Origin: Candidatus Handelsmanbacteria bacterium
Lineage (GTDB): Bacteria; Latescibacterota; UBA2968; UBA8231
DNA: 32,000 nucleotides
Reading direction: 5' to 3'
NCBI GenBank assembly: GCA_016867395.1
Contig: VGJS01000004.1
Coordinates: forward strand, 80,966-112,965
Shown: positions 18,224 to 29,994 of the stretch, in pieces
Position numbering within the stretch: the stretch's first letter is position 1
How the letters are laid out: every line of letters begins with the position of its first letter
Made by a program: the position numbers and the translations under genes
The notes under the pieces: generated by a model
Database searches by the model: none
What the model saw: the letters and a program-made list of their open reading frames with translations, nothing else
What the model was told of the DNA's origin: nothing

Positions 18224-18898
18224 TCAGCCAGCCCTGCCCCCGCTGGGGGCAGCACCGGCACGGCGCGTCCGCCCCTCCCTGAGGGCGGCCGGCTCGCCGC
18301 GGACCAGGCGCCAGGGATTATCCAAAAATAGCAGTTGAGCGTCCTCAGCGCCCCGATTCTCCTCTACCCACTGCCGGGACGCCTGGAAAGTGTCGGGCCG
18401 TTTTTCCAGGTCATACCCGTCGCTGACCACAAACTCGGCCCAGTCCCGCTCGGCCAACATGCGGGCCGCCTCCTGGGTGCGCTGGCCAAAGCGCCCGGTC
18501 AGGCTGCCGAAGTCGACCTGAAAGAGCAGGTCCTGCTCCCGCATGCGCCGCAATTTCCCCTCGTCGCCGGTAAGCTGGCGTTGGCGCTCGGGGTGGCCCA
18601 GGATGGGCCGGAACCCGGCGGTGCGCAACTCGAACATCCCCTTTTCCAGCCCGCCCGGCAGCGGGCCGCCTCGGCCAGGGCGAAGCGGAAGCCCACCGCG
18701 TCGCCCAGCAACAATTGCACCGGCATCCCCGCCCCCTTCACCGCCTCCTGCAACGCGGCGAAGCGCCGCTGGTGCAGCTCGGCCTTCTCCTCGTCGTCCT
18801 CGGGCTTGAACTGCGGGGTCAGCACCGCGTCCTCGATCCCCTGCCCCGTCGTCCACGTCCGGCAGGGCGTGGTTGTGGATAACCGCCATGCCGGCCAC
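18224..18898 (-). pseudogene. PHP-domain CpsB/YwqE-like phosphoesterase, with a compensating +1/-1 indel pair
   Basis: The N-terminus MAVIHNHALPDVDDG (HxH...DDG) continues in another frame as QGIEDAVLTPQFKPEDDEEKAELHQRRFAALQEAVKGAGMPVQLLLGDAV... It then returns to the first frame as LEKGMFELRTAGFRPILGHPERQ...VVSDGYDLEKRP. Junctions lie at the C4 run 18844-18847 and at about 18650-18665. Confidence 0.65.
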
Positions 18899-18905
18899 GG
18901 CCCGC

Positions 18906-19652
18906 CTACCCTTTGATGTGCACGGCGGCGCTCAACTCGCGCAGCCGGCCCTGGTCTTCCTCCACCACCGTGCCAGTGACCACGTACCCGGCCCCTGCCT
19001 CCACCTTGGCCCGCGCCGTCTGCACGTCGCGGATGCCCCCACCCACGATCACCGGCAGTTCGGCGTACTCGGCTACCGCCCGCACCATCTCGTCGGGCAC
19101 CGGGGCGCCCGCCCCGCTGCCGGTCTCCAAATAGACCAGCCTCATGCCCAGGTACCGGGCCGCCAGGGCGTGGGCCATGGCGATATCGCACTTGTGGCGC
19201 GGGATGGGCCGGGTGCCGCTCATGAACTCCACCGAGGTCAGGCTGCCCGACTCCACCAGCATGTACCCGGTGGCGATCACCTCGATACCCGCCTCCTTGA
19301 GCAGGGGGGCGGCCCGCACCTGCTGGCCGATGAGCAGCTCGGGGTTGCGGCCGCTGATCAGCGAGAGAAAGAGCAGCGCGTCGGCCCCCGGCGCCACCTG
19401 CCCGGCGTCGCCCGGAAAGCCGATCAGGGGGATCTGCACCCGTGCCCTCAGCCGGGCGAAGGTCTGGGCGTTGCGGCTGGCGCTGAACATCAGGCTGGTG
19501 CCGATGAGGATGGCGTCGGCCCCGGCCTCGGCGGCGGCCACTGCCCGCTGCTCCAGGGCCTCGGGCGGGAGCCGGTCCGGGTCGAGCAGCACCAAGTACC
19601 CGGCGCCGCGCCGCGCTCTGACCTCGGACAAATACTCAAAGACCGTCCCCAA
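18906..19652 (-). CDS. Geranylgeranylglyceryl / heptaprenylglyceryl phosphate synthase family protein (GGGPS/PcrB)
   Basis: 248 aa with a TTG start. A TIM-barrel pattern runs from YLVLLDPD through AILIGTS and LVYLETGSGAG to ELPVIVGGGIRDVQTARAKVEAGAGYVVTGTVVEE, typical of the GGGPS/PcrB family. Confidence 0.8.
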   Translation of the reverse strand: MGTVFEYLSEVRARRGAGYLVLLDPDRLPPEALEQRAVAAAEAGADAILIGTSLMFSASRNAQTFARLRARVQIPLIGFPGDAGQVAPGADALLFLSLISGRNPELLIGQQVRAAPLLKEAGIEVIATGYMLVESGSLTSVEFMSGTRPIPRHKCDIAMAHALAARYLGMRLVYLETGSGAGAPVPDEMVRAVAEYAELPVIVGGGIRDVQTARAKVEAGAGYVVTGTVVEEDQGRLRELSAAVHIKG

Positions 19653-19666
19653 GACGCGCTCCCGCC

Positions 19667-22262
<2,596 letters not shown>

Positions 22263-22282
<20 letters not shown>

Positions 22283-22757
22283 CTCCCTGCATCTCTTTCC
22301 AAACCTGGTTCACCGCCCGCCACACCCCGTCTTCTGCATAGCCGCGGCGGCGCAGAAAGTCGAGCATCCGCCGCTTGGCCTTCTGTTCTTCGAGGCCGGC
22401 GTACCGGCCCCGCTGCCGGCGCAGGAGCCCCACCATCGCCTCTGGATCGTTCAGCGCCCCGGCAAACTCCCCCAGGACCCGCGCTGCCGTTTCGGCGGCC
22501 ACACCCCGCTGCGCCAACTCCTGGGCCAGGCGCTGCCGGCCCATCGCTCTCTTGCCCAACCGACCTTCCAACCAGGAGCGAGCGAACTGCTCGTCGTCGA
22601 GCCAGCGCCGCTGCGCCAACTCTGCCAGCACCTCGTCGATCACCGGGGCCGGGAACGAGGCTTTCTCCAACCGCTGCCGCACCTGTTCTGCTGAGCGGGC
22701 GGCCTGACCCAGGTACTTGAGGGCGAGCTGGCGGGCCTTTTGCAGTTCCTCGTCCAC
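22263..22757 (-). CDS. recX: Recombination regulator RecX
   Basis: Three-repeat helical protein (ALKYLGQAARSAEQVRQRL...IDEVLAELAQRRWLDDEQFA...) in the conserved recA-recX-alaS position. I prefer the GTG start at 22757, 20 nt after the recA stop, over the track start 22880, which overlaps recA. It overlaps alaS by 20 nt. Confidence 0.8.
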
Positions 22758-22776
22758 AGCAGCCGGCGCCCCGGCT

Positions 22777-23818
<1,042 letters not shown>

Positions 23819-23826
<8 letters not shown>

Positions 23827-24295
23827 GCGCCAAACCTCCCTGATAGATCGCCAGCCCCAGGCGGATCAGCAGATTGCCGTAAATGCCCGCAGCCACGTCG
23901 TCCAAGACAATGCCCCACCCCCCGTGCAGGGCCTCCAACTGGCGGGCCGGCGGCGGTTTGAGGATATCCAGAACCCTGAAAATAAAAAACCCGGCCACCG
24001 CCATCCACAGGCTGTGGGGCAGAAAGGCCACGGTAGCCAGAAAACCAACGGCTTCGTCGATCACCACCCGACCCGGATCATCCCCCCACTGTCGCGACAG
24101 CATCTCAGAGGTATAGACGGCCGCCGCAAAAACCAGGGCCAGCAACGCCACCCATCCAGCGGCGTCCAGGGACGCGGCAAAAAAGTAGTAGAAAAGGGCG
24201 GCGACGGCGCTCCCCGCGGTCCCTGGGGCAATGGGAGCGTATCCGGAAAAGCATACCGTGCCCAGGGCTTTGTTCAGGAAGTCCACTAGGTCCAC
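23819..24295 (-). CDS. pgpA: Phosphatidylglycerophosphatase A
   Basis: 158 aa with [24 protein letters not shown] and [13 protein letters not shown]...[18 protein letters not shown], matching the PgpA family pattern. Confidence 0.88.
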
Positions 24296-24314
24296 CTGCC
24301 CTGGGAAGGGCGCT

Positions 24315-24941
24315 CTATGGCTTACGCTGGAACTGGGGGCGGAAGAGGTAGTGTACTCCGGACAACAAGGTCAGAACGAGCACCGCCCCCATCAGGCCGT
24401 TGGTCAGGAAGGGAATCCATTCCTCTTCCAGGGCCAGGGCGCTTTCCTGGCCGAAGCGGTCCAGGAGTTCCTGCATGCTGGTCAGCGAGAGGATCACCAC
24501 GATGCTGACCAGTTGCACGGCGGTTTTCCATTTGGCCAGCCGCGAGGTGATCATCTGCCGGCCGCGGTACAGGCCGTAGAGCCGCACCCCGGTGATGAGC
24601 ACGTCGCGCACCACCACCGGCGCCACCAGCCAGAAGTTGACCATCCGCCCCCAGACAAAGGCGACCAGGGCCGAGGTCACCAGGATCTTATCGGCCAGCG
24701 GATCGAGGAAGCGGCCAAAGGCCGTCACCCGGTTGCCGGAGCGAGCCAGCCGGCCGTCGTAGAAATCGGTAAGCGAGGCGATGCCAAAGACCACCAGCGC
24801 CATGCTGCGCCAGAACCAGGAGTCCGAGAAGAGCATCATCAGGAAAAGCGGGGTCAGGCAGATCCTGGAGATGGTCAGGCAGTTGGGCAGGTTGAGGAAT
24901 TCGGGTCTGTTCATGGTCCACTTCATCGGGTCAAAAAGCAT
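24315..24941 (-). CDS. pgsA: CDP-diacylglycerol--glycerol-3-phosphate 3-phosphatidyltransferase
   Basis: It carries the CDP-alcohol phosphatidyltransferase motif DFYDGRLARSGNRVTAFGRFLDPLADK and multiple TM helices. The start is ambiguous (24941, 24926 or 24914). Confidence 0.88.
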   Translation of the reverse strand: MLFDPMKWTMNRPEFLNLPNCLTISRICLTPLFLMMLFSDSWFWRSMALVVFGIASLTDFYDGRLARSGNRVTAFGRFLDPLADKILVTSALVAFVWGRMVNFWLVAPVVVRDVLITGVRLYGLYRGRQMITSRLAKWKTAVQLVSIVVILSLTSMQELLDRFGQESALALEEEWIPFLTNGLMGAVLVLTLLSGVHYLFRPQFQRKP

Positions 24942-25527
24942 GTCTGCCCTGCAGGGCGTGGGCCAGGGTCACCTTGTCGGCCAGGTCCAGGTCGGCCCCC
25001 ACCGGCAAGCCGCGGGCCAGGCGGGTCACCCGGGTCAGGGGGGCCAGTTGCCGCGAGAGGTACTCGGCGGTAGCGTCGCCCTCGGCGCTGGCGTTGTGGG
25101 CCAGGACCACCTCGCGCACCCCCTCCTGCTGCACCCGCGCCACCAGCTCTCGGATGCGCAGATCCTCAGGGCCGATCCCGTCGAGGGGGGAGAGCACCCC
25201 TCCCAGCACATGATAGACCCCGGTAATCAGTTGGTTGCGCTCCAAGACCAGCACGTCGCTGGCCTCCTCGACCACGCAGATGAGTCGGCGGTCCCGCCGC
25301 GGGTTGCGGCACACCTCGCACAGTTCCTGGCCCCGCTCGGTGAAATTGAAACACACCGGGCAGGACAGGAGGTCGTCCTTGGCCCGCAACAGGGCCTGGG
25401 AGAGGGCCTGGACCTCCTCCCGCGGGCTTTTGACAACGAAGAAGGCCAGGCGCTGGGCCGTCTTGCGCCCGATGCCCGGGAGTCTGGCGAAGGCGGTGAT
25501 CAGTTCTTCGAGCGCCACAGGGCCCAT
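24931..25527 (-). CDS. recR: Recombination protein RecR
   Basis: 198 aa with LPGIGRKTAQRLAFF (HhH), the CxxC...CxxC zinc finger (CPVCFNFTERGQELCEVC) and a Toprim domain. Confidence 0.95.
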   Translation of the reverse strand: MGPVALEELITAFARLPGIGRKTAQRLAFFVVKSPREEVQALSQALLRAKDDLLSCPVCFNFTERGQELCEVCRNPRRDRRLICVVEEASDVLVLERNQLITGVYHVLGGVLSPLDGIGPEDLRIRELVARVQQEGVREVVLAHNASAEGDATAEYLSRQLAPLTRVTRLARGLPVGADLDLADKVTLAHALQGRHAF

Positions 25528-25593
25528 GCTGCATACCTCAAGGCAAAGGGCCGGCCCACCCGAACCCCTTCATAAATTAGATTATTCCCGGCC

Positions 25594-27282
25594 TCAGACC
25601 AACTCGCCGTCGAAGGCGTCCAGCACCGATTTGAGGGTGGGGTCGGCCTCGCGGGTCTCCTGCCGGGCCGGGGGAGCATCCCCTGTCCGCACCGCGCATT
25701 CGAGGCGCAGCGGCTGGCCCCAGCGCCGGGCGCAAAGCCCTTCGATCACCTCGCGGTTCTTCTCCACCTGTTTGCTGGCAAAGGAATCCTCGGGGGCAAA
25801 ACTCAGGCGCAGCACCCGGCCCTCAAGTCCGACCAGGGCCGCCCCCTGCAGGAAGATCCCCAGGGAGGGATGGGATCGGCGTACCTCCTGCACCAGCCCC
25901 CCCCAGTCGGCTTCGAGCCGGTCCGGGCTCAGTTCCACCCCTGGCGGCGGGGGGTCCGGGGCCTGGGACGCCGGCTGCCGGGCCGGCTCAGCCGCCCCTT
26001 TCCTGGGCGGCAGGATCGACTGCCCGGTGGGATGGGGTGGGGCAGAGGGCGGGGCGGGGGCGACCCGCAGCGCCGCTGCCTGGCCCGGGGCGGCCGGCTC
26101 TATGGCAGGGCCGGGGCCGCCGCCCGGAGCAGGACCAGGGCCCGGCCCTGACTCCAGGGCCTTGAGGCGGGCCAGCAACTGCCCCACCTCCACGGCCCGG
26201 CCCATGCGGGCCAGGCGCACCAGGGCCAGCTCGGCCCGGAAGCGGGGATACAGGGAACGGGGCAACTCGCCGGCCAGGTCGAGGACCGCCCGCATCATCC
26301 GCAGCAGGTCCTCCTCGGCAAAGAGGCCGGCCAACTGCTCGTAGCGGGTCCGGTCGGCCTCGGCCACGTCGAGGGCGCCGCCCCCCCCCTGTACCTTGAC
26401 GAAGAGCAGGTGGCGCAGGTGCTCGACCAGCCCCAGGACGAATTCCTCGACCTCGCCGCCCTCGGCGACCACCGCCCCGATCAGCCCCAGCACCCGCGAG
26501 GCGTCGGCCTCGGCCAGGGCCCCGATCAGTTCGAAATGGGCGCTGCGGTCCACCAGCCCCAGCACTTGGTGTACACCGGAGGTGGAAACCCGCTCCTGGT
26601 CAAAGGAGACCACCTGGTCAAAGAGGCTCTCGGCGTCGCGCAGGGAGCCGTCGGCCCGGCCGGCCAAAAGGAAGAGGGCATCCTCCTCGACCGCGATGCC
26701 CTCGGCCTGGGCAATGGCCTGCAGATGGCGGGCAATCTGGCCGGCCGGAATCCGGCGAAAATTGAAGCGCTGACAGCGGGAGAGAATGGTCTCGGGGACC
26801 TGCTGCACCTCGGTGGTGGCAAAGACAAAAACCACGCGGGGAGGCGGCTCCTCCAGGGTCTTCAGCAGGGCGTTGAAGGCCGAGGTGGAGAGCATGTGGA
26901 CTTCGTCGATGATGTAAATCTTATGGCTGCCTTCTGTGGGGGCGTACCGCACCACCTCGCGCAGCTCGCGCACATCCTCAACCTTGTTGTTGGAGGCCCC
27001 GTCGATTTCCAGCACGTCCATGCTGGTGCCTTCGGCGATGCTGCGGCAGGAGGGGCATTCGCCGCAGGGGTCGGCCCCGTCGGGGCGGGCGCAGTTGAGG
27101 GCCTTGGCCAGGATGCGGGCAGTGGTGGTCTTGCCCACCCCGCGCGAGCCGCAGAAGAGGTAGCACTGGGCGACGCGGCCCGAGGACAGGGCGTTCTTCA
27201 GGGTCGTAGTGATGTGCTCCTGACCAACGACCTGGTCGAAGCGGCGCGGCCGCCATTTGCGTGCGGTGACTTGATAAGCCAT
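25594..27282 (-). CDS. dnaX: DNA polymerase III subunit gamma/tau
   Basis: MAYQVTARKWRPRRFDQVVGQEH..., GSRGVGKTTTARILAK (Walker A), the Zn module CGECPSC and IIDEVHML. A Pro/Gly-rich linker leads to a tau C-terminal domain. I take the start at the ATG at 27282, because the track start 27312 would overlap the upstream RNA terminator. Confidence 0.93.
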   Translation of the reverse strand: MAYQVTARKWRPRRFDQVVGQEHITTTLKNALSSGRVAQCYLFCGSRGVGKTTTARILAKALNCARPDGADPCGECPSCRSIAEGTSMDVLEIDGASNNKVEDVRELREVVRYAPTEGSHKIYIIDEVHMLSTSAFNALLKTLEEPPPRVVFVFATTEVQQVPETILSRCQRFNFRRIPAGQIARHLQAIAQAEGIAVEEDALFLLAGRADGSLRDAESLFDQVVSFDQERVSTSGVHQVLGLVDRSAHFELIGALAEADASRVLGLIGAVVAEGGEVEEFVLGLVEHLRHLLFVKVQGGGGALDVAEADRTRYEQLAGLFAEEDLLRMMRAVLDLAGELPRSLYPRFRAELALVRLARMGRAVEVGQLLARLKALESGPGPGPAPGGGPGPAIEPAAPGQAAALRVAPAPPSAPPHPTGQSILPPRKGAAEPARQPASQAPDPPPPGVELSPDRLEADWGGLVQEVRRSHPSLGIFLQGAALVGLEGRVLRLSFAPEDSFASKQVEKNREVIEGLCARRWGQPLRLECAVRTGDAPPARQETREADPTLKSVLDAFDGELV

Positions 27283-27339
27283 CTGCTCGGCACCTGGGCC
27301 GCGGGAAAACAAAAAAGGTCGTGCACCCCCCTTCGATCC

Positions 27340-27480
27340 CGACCTCCTCTCCTCCTGGCGGCAATCGGCTCAGGCCAGACCCCTCTGCGGCACACGCAAG
27401 GACATTCTTACCGCTGCTACCTTCCGGTCCTGACGGGGTTCGGAAGCCTTCCGTTGCGCAGAATCTGACCCTCGGCGCCT
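27340..27480 (-). ncRNA. ffs: Signal recognition particle RNA (small/4.5S type); boundaries approximate
   Basis: The minus strand contains GUCAGGACCGGAAGGUAGCAGC, which matches the conserved SRP domain IV core (E. coli GUCAGGUCCGGAAGGAAGCAGC). Closing helices pair (GGUCAGA with UCUGGCC; CUGCG with CGCAG). A short hairpin plus U6 tract at about 27311-27344 may be its terminator. The position upstream of dnaX matches known synteny. Confidence 0.75.
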
Positions 27481-27607
27481 TTTTTCGCCACTTGGAGGGG
27501 AAGCGCGAGGACCTCTAGAGGGGAATTCGACCCCGCTGTAGCGGATTGCGGGTGCAGGGCACCGCTATCTCCCCGTCTAGCACGACCTCAGGGCTGTATA
27601 GAAAAAA

Positions 27608-27683
27608 TGGTGGAGCAGATGGGGATCGAACCCACGACCTCCAGATTGCGAACCTGGCGCTCTCCCAGTTGAGCTACTGCCCC
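27608..27683 (-). tRNA. tRNA-Ala (anticodon CGC), CCA encoded
   Basis: Hand-folded cloverleaf from GGGGCAGUAGCUCAACUGGGAGAGCGCCAGGUUCGCAAUCUGGAGGUCGUGGGUUCGAUCCCCAUCUGCUCCACCA. It has the G3:U70 identity pair, anticodon loop UUCGCAA and a T-loop GGUUCGAUCC. Confidence 0.9.
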
Positions 27684-27703
27684 ACGCAACTTGAAAAAAT
27701 AAA

Positions 27704-27794
27704 TGGCGGAGAGAGAGGGATTCGAACCCTCGGTAGAGGTTCGCTCTACACACGATTTCCAGTCGTGCACCTTCGACCACTCGGCCATCTCTCC
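27704..27794 (-). tRNA. tRNA-Ser (anticodon GGA), long variable arm, CCA encoded
   Basis: GGAGAGAUGGCCGAGUGGUCGAAGGUGCACGACUGGAAAUCGUGUGUAGAGCGAACCUCUACCGAGGGUUCGAAUCCCUCUCUCUCCGCCA. The anticodon arm is CACGA-CUGGAAA-UCGUG. This is a class II tRNA. Confidence 0.9.
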
Positions 27795-27832
27795 GGCCGC
27801 AAAACCGGCAAAATCCGCGTTGTTCCGACTAA

Positions 27833-27922
<90 letters not shown>

Positions 27923-27926
27923 TGAT

Positions 27927-28406
27927 TTATTCCTTCGTTCTGAGCCCGGCGAAAAAATCCTTCAGCAGCGCGGCGCTCTCCTCGGCCAGCACCCCCCCCG
28001 TCAGGCGGCAGCGGTGGTTGAGGCGGGGGTCCTGGGCCAGGTTGCGCAACGACCCGCAGGCGCCGGCCTTGGGATCGAGGGCCCCGAAGACCAGCCTGGG
28101 GAGACGCGCCAGGACGGCCGCGCCGGCGCACATGGCGCAGGGTTCGAGGGTCACGTAGAGGACCGCGTCGAGCAGCCGCCGCGACCCCAAGGCCGCGGCC
28201 GCCTGGCGGATGGCCTGCATCTCGGCGTGGGCCGTGGGGTCCTGGGCGCATTCGAGGCCGTTGAGACCCCGGCCGATAACCTGGCCCTCCCTGACCACCA
28301 CCGCCCCGACGGGCACCTCGCCCAGGCGGGCGGCCTGGGCGGCCAGTTCGAGGGCCTGGCGCATCCAGTGGAGGTCTTCCGGGGCGGGTTCGGCGTGGCC
28401 GCTCAT
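27927..28406 (-). CDS. tadA: tRNA adenosine(34) deaminase
   Basis: WMRQALELAAQA...EVPVGAVVV...HAEMQAIRQA...TLEPCAMCAGA gives the CDA-fold HAE / PCxxC zinc motifs. The start is taken at the ATG at 28406 (MSGHAEP); the track start 28487 is probably too far upstream. Confidence 0.9.
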   Translation of the reverse strand: MSGHAEPAPEDLHWMRQALELAAQAARLGEVPVGAVVVREGQVIGRGLNGLECAQDPTAHAEMQAIRQAAAALGSRRLLDAVLYVTLEPCAMCAGAAVLARLPRLVFGALDPKAGACGSLRNLAQDPRLNHRCRLTGGVLAEESAALLKDFFAGLRTKE

Positions 28407-28509
28407 AACACCAGCTACAGGGGCGAGACATCTGCCACCCCCCCTGCAAAGGCGATAAAATATAACCCCTGCCCCGGACAAGGGCAAGGAAACCTCGGGG
28501 CCGGCGCGC

Positions 28510-28538
28510 TTGACAGGGATCAGCCGATACCTAATAAT
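28510..28538 (+). promoter_or_regulatory. Sigma-70-like promoter candidate for lysA
   Basis: TTGACA (28510-28515), a 17-nt spacer, then AATAAT (28533-28538), about 37 nt upstream of the lysA ATG. This is sequence match only. Confidence 0.45.
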
Positions 28539-28574
28539 TGTTCTTCTTTACGCCAAACCGACAACAGAGCCCAT

Positions 28575-29846
28575 ATGGAGCGATTCGCCTTTCTGAGCGC
28601 CGAGCAGGTCCGCACCCTCCAGACCCAGTTCGGCACCCCGGTCTTTGTCTACGATCAGCACACCCTGGAGGAGCAGGCCCGCCAGGCCCTGGCCTTCCCC
28701 AACGCCTTTGGCCTGCGGGTGCGCTACGCCATGAAAGCCTGCCCCAACACCGCCCTGGTCCGCCTGCTCAACCAGCAGGGCCTGCACCTCGACGTCAGCA
28801 GCGGTTTCGAGGCCCTGCGCGCCCTGCGGGCCGGGGTGCCCGCCGCCCACCTACAACTGACCGCCCAGCAACTGGCCGACAATCTACAAGAACTGGTGGA
28901 GCGCGGAGTGCGCTTCAACGCCTGCTCCCTGCACCAGCTGTGCAGCTTCGGCCAGTTCTTTCCCGGCCGGGAGCTGAGCATCCGCTTCAACCCTGGCCTG
29001 GGCTCGGGCCACAACAACCGCACCAACGTGGGCGGTCTCTCCTCCAGCTTTGGCATCTGGCACGAGTACCTCGACCAGGTCCTGGCCTTGCAGCGGGACT
29101 TCTCCCTCCAGATCACCGCGCTGCACAGCCATATCGGCTCGGGCAGCGACCCGGAGGTCTGGCAGCGCTGCGCCCGGATGACCCTGGGCATCGCCGCCCG
29201 TCTGCCCCAGGTGCAGACCGTCAACTTAGGAGGGGGCTTTAAGGTGGGCCGCATGCCCGGCGAGGTCTCCACCGACCTGCAGGCCGCCGGCCGGCCTATT
29301 GTTGAGGAGTTCGAGCGCTTCGCCCGCGAGCAGGGCCGTAAGCTGCTGCTCGAAATCGAGCCGGGCACCTTCTTCGCCGCCAACGCCGGGGCCGTGGTCT
29401 GCACCGCCATCGACGTGGTAGACACCGGCCCCACTGGTTATGCCTTCATCAAGGTGGATTCCGGCATGACCGAGGTGCTGCGCCCTAGCCTGTACGGGGC
29501 CCAGCACCCCATCGCCGTGGTGCCGGCCCAGCCCGGTGAACGCGGCCAGCGCGACTACCTGGTGGTAGGCCACTGCTGCGAGAGCGGGGACGTGCTCACC
29601 CCAGAGCCGGGCAACCCCGAGGGGCTCAAGACCCGCACCCTGACCGAGGCCCGCATCGGCGACGCGGTGGTCATCGGCGGCAGCGGGGCCTATTGCGCCG
29701 GCATGGCCGCCAAGAACTACAACTCCTTCCCCGAGGCCCCTGAGGTCCTGCTCGACAAGCAGGGCCGCTTCCACCTCCTCCGCCAGCGCCAGACCCTCGA
29801 CCAGGTGCTGGCCAACGAGGCCATCCCGGAGTTTCTCAAGGGCTAA
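28575..29846 (+). CDS. lysA: Diaminopimelate decarboxylase (E. coli LysA type, fold-type III PLP enzyme)
   Basis: 423 aa from MERFAFLS; the track ORF from 27546 is an artefactual 5' extension across the tRNA/tadA region. It carries YAMKACPN (PLP Lys), NPGLGSGHNNRTNVGGLSSSFGIW, HSHIGSG, GGGF, EIEPG, CCESGDV and LLRQRQTLDQVLA. These parallel E. coli LysA FAQKACSN / NPGFGHGHSQKTNTGG / HMHIGSG / CESGDV / LIRRRQTIEELLA. Confidence 0.88.
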   Translation: MERFAFLSAEQVRTLQTQFGTPVFVYDQHTLEEQARQALAFPNAFGLRVRYAMKACPNTALVRLLNQQGLHLDVSSGFEALRALRAGVPAAHLQLTAQQLADNLQELVERGVRFNACSLHQLCSFGQFFPGRELSIRFNPGLGSGHNNRTNVGGLSSSFGIWHEYLDQVLALQRDFSLQITALHSHIGSGSDPEVWQRCARMTLGIAARLPQVQTVNLGGGFKVGRMPGEVSTDLQAAGRPIVEEFERFAREQGRKLLLEIEPGTFFAANAGAVVCTAIDVVDTGPTGYAFIKVDSGMTEVLRPSLYGAQHPIAVVPAQPGERGQRDYLVVGHCCESGDVLTPEPGNPEGLKTRTLTEARIGDAVVIGGSGAYCAGMAAKNYNSFPEAPEVLLDKQGRFHLLRQRQTLDQVLANEAIPEFLKG

Positions 29847-29994
29847 GCGAGCGCGCGTCGGGGAGCGACCCATTCCGGCTTTTCCCCAGGCGCGTCCTGC
29901 CCCCTGGCTCGCTCTGGCTCCGCTCCCCCGCCTCGCGGACCTCCCTTCCCAACCCCTCCCCGGGAAAGGCCTCCAGGGTCATCTCCCCGCCGCT

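Noticed and set aside
25594-27282. A programmed -1 frameshift site in dnaX producing a gamma subunit.
   Set aside because: No A-AAA-AAG-like heptamer exists within the coding region. The only A/T-rich run lies upstream of the start, in the putative SRP RNA terminator.
27510-27535. Adjacent XbaI and EcoRI sites. TCTAGAGGGGAATT on the + strand equals AATTCCCCTCTAGA on the other strand, a 14-mer I recall from the pET lac-operator/RBS region. This raised the possibility of vector contamination.
   Set aside because: The match does not extend beyond 14 nt on either side; there is no T7 promoter, lacO or pET RBS sequence. The flanks are native tRNA and SRP RNA genes. I treat it as coincidence.
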